The translations under genes and the position numbers were made by a program. A stretch of 64,000 nt of DNA from Octopus vulgaris (lineage: Eukaryota), in contig OX597816.1 of assembly GCA_951406725.2 (NCBI GenBank), forward strand, positions 67,456,001 through 67,520,000, read 5' to 3'. Under the pieces are notes generated by a model, which ran no database searches, was not told where the DNA came from, and saw only the letters and a list, made by a program, of their open reading frames with translations. This document shows, in pieces, positions 53,923 through 64,000 of the stretch; position 1 is the stretch's first letter; every line of letters begins with the position of its first letter.

Positions 53923-54405
53923 ATACTTGGAGATGGTCATTTCTCTTTTTGTCAATTAAACACACGCACTATTTATTTGAGCGTCACTTCAGCCGAGCAA
54001 AATGCTTAGCGGCATTTCACTAGTCCTTATGTTCTGAGTTCAAATTTCGTCGAGGTGGTCTTTGGCTTTCATCCTTTCGGGGTTGATAAATTAAGTACCA
54101 ATAGAATACTGGGGTCGATGTAATCACCTAGTCCCCACCCCCACGCAAATTTCAAGCCTTGCACCTTTACTAAAAAGGATTATTTTTATTCTGCACGTCT
54201 GTCAAACCTCTTTCGCTACACGTTCTGTGACCCCATCAGTGACTCTCTGTCCCATGTGTCTCCTCTTGCCATCAGTGACTTTCTCTCCCATGTATCGCTT
54301 CTTGTCGTCAGTGACTCTCTCTCCTATGTGTTGCTTCTTGTCATCAGTGACTCTCTCTCCTATGTGTCGCTTTTTGTCATCAGCGACTCTCTGTCCCATG
54401 TGTCC
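53923..54405 (-). mobile_element. Family H composite: 36-bp minisatellite + hammerhead-like motif + nested antisense SINE B + family H 3' end
   Basis: 53923-53975 matches 31735-31790; SINE B at ~53992-54180; minisatellite units from 54234. Confidence 0.7.
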
Positions 54406-55189
54406 TTCTCGTCGAACTCGTTAGAGTGTCCTATAGACACTAATTATCGCACTAATTATTCTGGTGCTCTGAGTTCAAATATCGCCTTGGTCAGTTTTGC
54501 TTTCATTCTTTCAGCGTTGATAAATAAAGTATCAGCCAAGTTGGTGGATTTGCAGAATATCAGAGCATTGGATACTTTCATCGTCTCCTTTTTAAATATT
54601 CCACCCGCTTTGAATTTAAAATCATCGTTATCTTCCTCACGGTTGGTCAATTGAGAGCCGCCCGACCTCCACCACACCGCACAAGCAAAACATACACATC
54701 CACATCTAACCCTAAACCCACACATCCACACAGAAACTCACACACACATGCACACACACATGAATACACTTCGACACATCTCCACACATTCAATAAATTA
54801 CAGAGTGCATGTCTGTCATCGCATGGCTTATAGATAAATCAATACAGGCAGCAGTGTCTAACACTAACACACACTCACACGCACATCCGCATAAATATTA
54901 ATACACTTTCCTATACTGTGTCAGGGAACTTACACACACACATATATATATATTTAAATATATATCTGCACACTCATACGTAATGTACAATTGACTATGT
55001 ATATTTGCATCTAGGTACTAATTTGTGTATGTTTATTATCACAATACTAAGTCGAAAAACTGAGACATTGAATGTGGAACACATATATGTTTACTAATTT
55101 ATATTATTTATTTATATAATTATGTATATGTATATTTTTATATGTATAGGAGTGTGAGTATATGCACTCATATGTATATATATATGTTG

Positions 55190-55560
55190 TATTATGGGTA
55201 TGCACCCACACCCCTGTGGGTATATATGTAGACTGATTTATATTACATAATCTTCGAAGAGGCCTTATGATATTTTTGTAAATGTCTCATTTATATCTAT
55301 ATATTGACCAACCATAAAGGGCTAATATTGGTAAAATGAGACATACTTATCTACATGGCCGAAACAGCTGTAAGATGTAATCTATTCTTATATTTATATT
55401 TACTTATATTTATATTCTCTTTTATATATATTCTACTTATTATACAACATTACTCGTTTATGTACACTTTTTTATGTACATTCCTTTATGTACACTGATT
55501 TGTTCTGCTTTTTATATTTAACCCTACAGTCTCTTATGTGGTGGTTTAATAAAGTATGTG
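55190..55560 (+). mobile_element. PLE-LTR-like region with variant hammerhead motif and long stem II
   Basis: atct TCGAAGA ggcc..atgtctcattt..aaatgagacat..ggcc GAAA cagctg TA agat at 55250-55376. Confidence 0.55.
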
Positions 55561-55793
55561 ATTGAGTATTATCTGGTAATTGATATTTGATTTAGATGTA
55601 TTTCTCCATTTTCTTATCTTGTGTTAGTAATTTGTGGTAAATCATTTTACCTTTGCCCATATAATACAGTAAATGAAATAATTGTATCGCAATCATTAAC
55701 ATTTATGTATTAATTTTGTTGGGTACTTCACTAGCAGTATATTGGATATATGTTATCCCATGGAGGGTTGCATTTACAACCCCTTTCTCAATT

Positions 55794-55893
<100 letters not shown>

Positions 55894-56382
55894 TGTGTGT
55901 GTTTGTGTGTCTGTGTTTGTCCCCCCAACATCGCTTGACAACCGATGCTGGTGTGTTTACGTTCCCGTAACTTAGCGGTTCGGCATAAGAGACCGATAGA
56001 ATAAGTACTAGGCTTACAAAGAATAAGTCCTGGGGTCGATTTGCTCGACTAAAGGCGGTGCTCCACAGTCAAATGACTGAAACAAGTAAAAGAGTAAAAG
56101 AGTAAAAGAGGATTTGAATATTTTTTAAAGTTGTATTTGATATTTCAAATACACACACCTTAATAATTATTCTCCCCTTTTATTCCGGTATCATTAACGG
56201 ATGTAAACAACAGAATTACTTTAGTATATAACACTGGGGAGTGTTTAAGTGGAAATATCGGAAGATCTTAACAAAGATTACGAGCTTACTTCCGGAGTGA
56301 GTGAGAATATACTGGAGCGACTTTGATATTCCTGCATGAACAGTAGATGCCGTTTGTATGTGAAAGTGGTATTTCGTTCATT

Positions 56383-56617
56383 AAGGCGGCGAGTTGGCAG
56401 AAACGTTAGCACGCCGGGCGAAATACTTAGCGTTATTTCGTCTGCCGTTACGTTCTGAGTTCAAATTCCAACGAGGTCGACTTTGCCTTTCATCCTTCCG
56501 GAGTCGATAAATTAAGTACTAGTTACGCACTGGCGGTCGATGTAATCGACTTAACTCCTTTGTCTGTCCTTGTTTGTCCACTCTATGTTTAGCCCCTTGT
56601 GGGTAGTAAAGCAATAG
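56383..56617 (+). mobile_element. SINE family B with 14-bp TSD
   Basis: ggtatttcgttcat on both sides. Confidence 0.9.
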
Positions 56618-56978
56618 GTATTTCGTTCATATCGAGTATTTTTGTTATTGAGTAGGTTGCCTTTGAATTCTCTGAGAATGGTCCGTTTGTATCCTTTGAT
56701 GACACTAAGTGTGCTAATGTGTATTCTTTGTATCTCATTAAAGAGGCATTGGAAGATGTGGATGTGTGAGTAACAGAACTGGAAAAATAATCGGTGGTCA
56801 ATCCTCTCGCCCTTTTTTGTTTCTCATAGCAACACGGCCTGATTAACCATTTGGCATACAGATTACTTAGTCAAATGTAATGCTTATTTATTTCCATTGC
56901 TTTGAATTAATCATGTACTGTCTCATAGCTTCGAGATCTTGATAACGTGATTGTTTGTTTTTCGAATGAGATTTATAA

Positions 56979-57481
56979 TGTCAAACCTCTTTCGTCACAC
57001 ATTCTGTGACCTCATCAGTGACTCTCTGTCCCATGTGTCTCCTCTTGTCATCAGTGCCTCTGTCCCATGTGTCTCCACTTGCCATCAGTGACTTTCTCCC
57101 CCATGTGTCGCTTCTTGTCATCAGTGACTCTCTCTCCCATGTGTCGCTTATTGTCACTGATGGCAAGAGAAGACACATGGGACAGAGTCACTGATGACAA
57201 GAGGAGACACATGGGACAGAGTCACTGATGACAAGAGGAGACACACGGGTCAGAGTCCCTGATGAGGTCACAGAATGTGTGACGAAAGAGGTTTGACAGA
57301 CGTGTGGAATAAAAATAATCCTTTTCTACTAAAGGCACAAAGGCTTGAAATTTGCGGGGAGGGGACTAATCGATTACATCGACCCCAGTACTTCACTGGT
57401 ACATAATTTATCGACCCCGAAAGGATGAAAGCCAAAGACCACCTCGACGAAATTTGAACTCAGAACGTAAGGACGGGTGAA

Positions 57482-57483
<2 letters not shown>
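56979..57483 (+). mobile_element. Family H composite with 5' inverted duplication (fold-back minisatellite + two opposed hammerhead-like motifs + captured SINE B)
   Basis: 56979-57152 is inverted relative to 57153-57298. CTGATGA g gtcac agaatgt gtgac GAAA gagg TT tgac at 57259-57297 (+) and 56980-57022 (-). Confidence 0.75.
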
Positions 57484-57512
<29 letters not shown>

Positions 57513-57676
57513 TGTATGTATGTATGTATGTATGTATGTATGTATGTATGTATGTATGCATGCATGTACGTATGTATGCATGTACGTATGTATGCATGTA
57601 CATTGGAATTTCAACATCAACAGGGAATTTTTGTATGTATGTATGTATGTATGTTTGCACGTACGTACGTACGTAC

Positions 57677-57740
<64 letters not shown>

Positions 57741-57780
57741 TAACTATCTATCTATCTTTTCTTATACATACATACATACA

Positions 57781-58523
<743 letters not shown>

Positions 58524-58585
58524 GGATTATACTATACTTAGAAAAGTTTTGGCCCAGGTCATAGCTAACACTTAATAGCCCTAGC

Positions 58586-58627
<42 letters not shown>

Positions 58628-58628
<1 letters not shown>

Positions 58629-59031
58629 TCTTTTTACTCTTTTACTTGTTTCAGTCAGTTGACTGCGGCCATGCTGGAGCACCGCCTTTAGTCGAGCAAC
58701 TCGACCCCGGGACTTATTCTTTGTAAGTCCAGTACTTATTCTATCGGTCTCTTTTGCCGAACCGCTAAGTAACGGGAACATAAACACACCAGCATCGGCT
58801 GTCAAACAATGTTGGGGGGACAAACACAGACACACAAACACACACACATAAATATATATATATATACATACATATATACGACGGGCTTCTTTCAGTTTCC
58901 GTCTACCAAATCCACTCACAAGGCTTTGGTCGGCCCGAGGCTATAGCAGAAGACACTTGCCCAAGATGCCACACAGTGGGACTGAACCCGGAACCATGTG
59001 GTTAGTAAGCAAGCTACTTACCACACAGCCA
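58628..59031 (-). mobile_element. SINE family A
   Basis: Colinear with family A. Confidence 0.85.
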
Positions 59032-59875
59032 CACACATATATATATATATATATAAAATATAATATAATATATACATATATTATATATACTCACACACAT
59101 AAACATACACACACACATGACGTTCTTAATCCAGAGACTAAAAAGAACGGTCATACGTAAAGGAACTCAATACATGTTAGAATGTAAAGAATATTTACTT
59201 TTATTTTAAGCATTCTCCCTACGACTGTACTAAAGTTGAGTCTCATGACTTCCCAACCGCTTCTTCCTTCTTATTTTGATTGTAACGCAAAGCAGAAATT
59301 CTTCGCTTAACACCTCCCACCCACTTATACATTTTTAAAATTTCCATTTGTTTACAAACATTTAGACGTTTTTGAAAAACCGTTTACTGTTTTGTTAATT
59401 ATCACAAGTCTTCCCACTTCGAAATACCAATGTTGTCTGTAACAACAATATAAAACAGCACGAGACAACTAGACAACCTTTGGGTGGTCGCTCGTCCGCC
59501 TTGAAATAACAACTATATATTTCTTTGAATAACACCTAATTTGCCCCCCCCCAAATGAAGGACGCACCAAATAATGTAACCCCTTAAAAGACAGGTTGTT
59601 CATATTTGGATTGTCTTTGATCATAGGTCTGCACAGTTTGAGCAAACTTTGAGTAAAACAGCAGCAACAATATGAAACAACATTCGGGTAGTTAATTTCG
59701 CTATAAGTGTAGGCATGGCTGAATGGTTAAGAAACTCGATTTGCAACCACGGGGTTTCGGGTTCAATCCCATTGCGCAGCACCATGGACAAATATCTTCT
59801 ACTACAACCCCGGGCGGTTCAATTCCTTATGCATGAATTTGATGGACGGAAACTGTGTGATCTCGTGGTATATAG

Positions 59876-59926
<51 letters not shown>

Positions 59927-60198
59927 GTGTGACTGTCTTTATATTTGCGCCCCCCGCGCCTCACAATCAGTGTTGGTTTGTTTATGTCCGCGTAAGCTAG
60001 CGTTTCAGGCAAAAGAGCACCGATAGAATAAGTACCTGACTTAAAACTACGTACTGGGGTCTATTTGTTCAACTAGACCCATCAATGTGGCGACCCAGCG
60101 TGGCCGCAGTCCAATGAGTGAAATAAGTAAAAGATAAAACATAGTTTTAATATTCTATACATTATCTTGGCTTTTCTTATTTCCAAGTTGGATAGCAT

Positions 60199-60239
<41 letters not shown>

Positions 60240-60261
60240 CGTATATAATCAAGTATATTAA

Positions 60262-60480
60262 GTAGTAATACAGTACGACCGTTTCAAGCGGCTCCATTTA
60301 ATTGAACAAGGTAATCTTTACATCAATTTAAATGCAGCGTCGCTTGAAACGGTCGTGCTGCATTACTACATGATATCCTGTTGCTTATTTTGATTTTATT
60401 CACCTTACTTCAAACTGTGCGGATAATAGCGGACTGACTTGATGCTTCAACCTAAGTGCCTAATCCAAATGAATCTCAAT

Positions 60481-60482
<2 letters not shown>
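60262..60482 (+). mobile_element. Short fold-back insertion (~45-bp arms + tail) ending in (TA)n
   Basis: 60262-60305 vs 60323-60369; contains GAAACGGTC, possibly the 3' half of a hammerhead. Confidence 0.6.
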
Positions 60483-60533
<51 letters not shown>

Positions 60534-60756
60534 GCATGCAGGTGAGTGAAGTGGAGTAAGGTAAAATGAAGTGTTTTGCTCAAGTACACAACGGGCTGCC
60601 CGGTCCAGGAATCGAACCTACGTTCTAGCGATCGTGAGTGCAACAACCAAACCACCAGACGACGTGCCTTTACACACACACACACATACACACACACGCA
60701 CACGCACACGCACACGCACACTCATGAACCATAAGAACAGAAGCAAAAACAATATT

Positions 60757-61676
60757 CTTTTCTACTCTAGGCACAAGGCTCGAAATTTTTGGGGAGGGGA
60801 TCAGTCGATTAGATTGAACCCCCCCCCTGTACGCAACTGGTACTTAATTTATCGACCCCAAAAGGATGAAAGGAAAAGTCGACATCGGCGGAATTTAAAC
60901 TCAAAACGTAAAGACGGCGAAATACAGTTAAGCATTTCGTCTGGCGTGCTAACGTTTCGGCCAGCTCGCCGCCTTAGAAGCAAAAACAATATCTATTTCC
61001 TTATTGCCCACAGGGGGCTAAATATAGAGGGGATAAACAAGGACAGACAAACGGATTAAGTCGATTACATCGATCCTAGTGCGTAACTGGTACTTATTTA
61101 ATCGATCCCGAAAGGATGAAAGGCAAAGTCGACCTCGGCGGAATTTGGACTCAGAACGTAACGGCAGACGAAATACCGCTAGGCATTTCATCCAGCGTGC
61201 TAACGATTCTGCCTGCTCGCCGCCCTGAGAAAGCAAAAACATTTTTTTCTACTAAGGCATAAGAGGGGACCAGTCGATTAGATCGACTCCAGTACGCAAC
61301 TGGTACTTATTTTATCGACCCCGAAAGTATGAAAGGCAAAGTCAACCTTGGCGGAATTTGAATTTAGAATGTAACGTCAGACGAAATATCGCTAGGCATC
61401 TCGCCCGGCGTGCTAATAATGATTCTTATTTCGTTATTGCCCACAAGGGGCCAAATATAGAGGGGACAAACAAGGACAGACAAAGGGATTAAGTCGATTA
61501 AATCGACCCCAGTGCGTAACTGGTACTTAATTCATCGATCCCGAAAGGATGAAAGGTAAAGTCAACCTTGGCGGAATTTGAACTCAGAACGTAGCAAGCA
61601 GACCAAATATCGCCAGGCATCTCGCTCGGCATCTCGCCCGGCGTGCTAATAATGATTCTGTCAGCTCGCCGCCCTG
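60757..61676 (-). mobile_element. Array of four SINE family B copies separated by a repeated target sequence
   Basis: aagcaaaaaca(at) at 60740, 60978, 61231 and 61680. Confidence 0.85.
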
Positions 61677-62310
61677 AGCAAGCAAAAACAATATTGTTTG
61701 ACAAATGTTGTTTGACAAATGTTAACTACAACAACAGCAACTACAACAACAATAGTGGCAGCGACACCAATAACTATTATATGAATAACAGCAATGGCAA
61801 AAGACAATTGGAAATAAACAGAAGAAACAAATCTACCCACCCTCCTTATTAATAAGTTCCGCTGTCACTAATTCATTTTGACGTTCTCATAAAGACTTGT
61901 TTCATCCAGAAATGTTCGTTGCAAATATCTCCCTGTAAACAAACTAGATGAAATTACAAAACTTTGCCGGAGAACACGAGCATTGACATGTACTTTTAAG
62001 AAGTTTGTTTCACAACTATGTGGTTCCAGGTTCGATCTCATCGTGCGGAATTTTTGATAAACATCTTTAACGGCCTCTCATGAGCTAATCAATCCTTTGT
62101 TATTGAAATTTCGTAGACTGATACAGTATGAATCGAATTCCTCTTTTCCCTGTCCGTCCGTCCGTCCATCCATCCATTCATCCATCCATCTATCCAGCCA
62201 TCCATTCATTCATCCATCCATCCATTCATCCATCCACACATCTCTCTCCCCCTCTCTCTCCCCTCTACCCCCTCTCTCTATCTATCCATCAATCTATCTA
62301 ATCTATCTGT

Positions 62311-63511
62311 AAACGAGGTGCATTTTAGACTTGTTTTAGGAGTGTCAATTATAATTGTCCTAGATTATTGTAATTTTAGTATATCATTACTATACATCTA
62401 ATAGGTGGCGCAATGGCCCAGTGGTTAGGGCAGCGGACTCGCGGTCGGAGGATCGCGGTTTCGATTCCTAGACCGGGCGTTGTGAGTGTTTATTGAGTGA
62501 AAACACCTAAAAGCTCCACGAGGCTCCGGCAGGGGGTGGTGGCGACCCCTGTTGTACTCTTTTGCCCCAACTTTCTCTCACTCTCTCTTCCTGTTTCTTG
62601 AGTAACGCTGCGATGGACTGGCGTCCCGTCCAGCTGGGGGGAACACATACGCCACAGAAACCGGGAAACCGGACCCACGAGCCTGGCTAGGCTTGAAAAG
62701 GGTGACGTTTTATACATCTAATAAGCTGACCGGCCAACTTCTGTCATTCAAGGTTGAAGGAGATGGTTGTAACAAGCTCGTTCAGTACACATTACTAAAC
62801 ACTGCTTGTCACATCTGATTAATTTGCAGAATGTAGTTGGGACGTTGTTTGAAAACTTGCTATGCAATGAAGTTTTGTGTTAAACTGGGGAAAATGCTAA
62901 GAGACCCATGAAATGCTCCAGAGTGCTTATGGATAAGATTTCTCGCTAGCACCAGAGGTTCAAGGACGGTAGAGAGGAGGTGAGAGATGATGAGAGCTGC
63001 GGGAGAGAAAGAGAGAGGGAGAGAAAGAGAGAAAGAGAGAGAGAGGTCAGAACATCAGAACTGATTGAGAAAATTCGCAATTTTCTGGATAAATAAGAAG
63101 TATTTGTGGCAACTGTATACAAATTATTGATAAAGATCTGAGCACGAGTAAAATTTGTGCAAATTTTATTCCCAGGATGTTCTGTGACGAGCAGCCTGGT
63201 AACCAACTACTTGACCGAAATGGTCATCAAGACTGACCCTCACCCTCTCAACAGTCCATACCTTCCTGTGACTTTTCGTGGTTCCCCAGGCTGAAGGAGA
63301 ATCTCAGCGACAGTCGTTCAAAGACGAAGGCGGCTATGACAAGGGTCCTAGACGGCTTCACACATGGGGCCTTCAAGAAATGACTGGAATACTACAGTAT
63401 TCATTGAAGTCAAAGGATCTTACTTTGAAGGAAATTAGAGTTGTATACGTCTTTGAAATTAATAGACGTCTCACTTGAAAAAGTCTGAAAACTTCTGGAA
63501 TGCAACTTGTA
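62311..63511 (+). pseudogene. Old, internally deleted mariner relic interrupted by the SINE
   Basis: 63230-63440 resembles HPP.SP.L.PCDF.WFPRLKENL and IEVKGSYFEG*; terminal acgaggtgcatt / aatgcaacttgt. Confidence 0.55.
62404..62710 (+). mobile_element. tRNA-derived SINE, head D + tail 3, 13-bp TSD
   Basis: TSD tatacatctaata at 62391-62403 and 62711-62723. Confidence 0.9.
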
Positions 63512-64000
63512 TATGAGACAAACATCGTGTTTATCTCGTAAACGTTGGTAAAACGTTGATTTAGGTTTCTTTTCGATATAGCTATTCCGATGGTCATTCC
63601 CCTATATTCCGAGCTGTCTTTCCGTCTTAATCTTCGGGAAGATTTCCACACGACCCTTCTTGTCAACTTACAACGGCATACTCCATTTCTTTCTTTGCAA
63701 TTGATATGAAAGCTTGTGCTACATAAGCCACAATACATTTTACAAGAATACATATCAAAAGGGCTGGGAAAACAGATGGATCCATTAAATGGATGATTTG
63801 TTAGATCTACCCATTTCTTTCTATGACTTAAACAACAGAGATAAGTTTCTTAAACTGAAATATCTAATACACTGTTGAGTGTGGCGTCTGCAAACATTAT
63901 ACTATGAAGTCTGTTGATATCGTATCGCGTACGAACTTAAGCCATTTTATTATTTCCTCAAAGTCTACTATTCCTATTCTTTTTTTGTCTTCTTAATACA

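Noticed and set aside
54234-54405. CRISPR-like 36-bp periodic array
   Set aside because: Contiguous tandem units with no unique spacers, eukaryotic context and no cas genes; a minisatellite.
62404-62476. tRNA-like sequences (also 13384, 13821, 42885)
   Set aside because: They continue into repeat bodies and have TSDs, so they are SINE heads, not tRNA genes.
63373-63753. 126-aa Cys-rich minus-strand ORF
   Set aside because: Overlaps the mariner relic end and resembles nothing I recognise.

Overview
AT-rich, microsatellite-rich animal genomic DNA. The SINE repertoire is what I recall from cephalopods (most likely Octopus); this is an inference and was not checked against a database. The only host coding sequence I can support is the first coding exon of ARL8 (lysosomal Arf-like GTPase; minus strand, 4065-4187). 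A candidate promoter about 1.1 kb upstream carries two MITF/TFEB-type M-box/CLEAR motifs and a tandem ETS site. The rest (~59 kb) is upstream/intergenic DNA. It holds tRNA-derived SINEs with modular head/tail shuffling, RTE and R4-like LINE relics, and mariner, Tc1, Tc3-like and hAT-like DNA transposon relics. It also holds a candidate solo LTR. The most striking signal is a Penelope-like (PLE) retroelement ecosystem. It comprises a PLE reverse-transcriptase relic (7760-8133), a GIY-YIG endonuclease relic (41146-41705), and about eight minimal type-I hammerhead-ribozyme-like motifs in several unrelated short non-coding families. There is also a series of long fold-back (inverted-duplication) insertions sitting in (TA)n tracts. 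One unit (42812-43191, 11-bp TSD) joins a tRNA-like Pol III head to a hammerhead tail, i.e. a SINE/retrozyme hybrid. Another family has amplified its hammerhead core into a 34-36 bp minisatellite and carries a captured SINE. Almost all entries in the ORF track are spurious (microsatellite or SINE translations).
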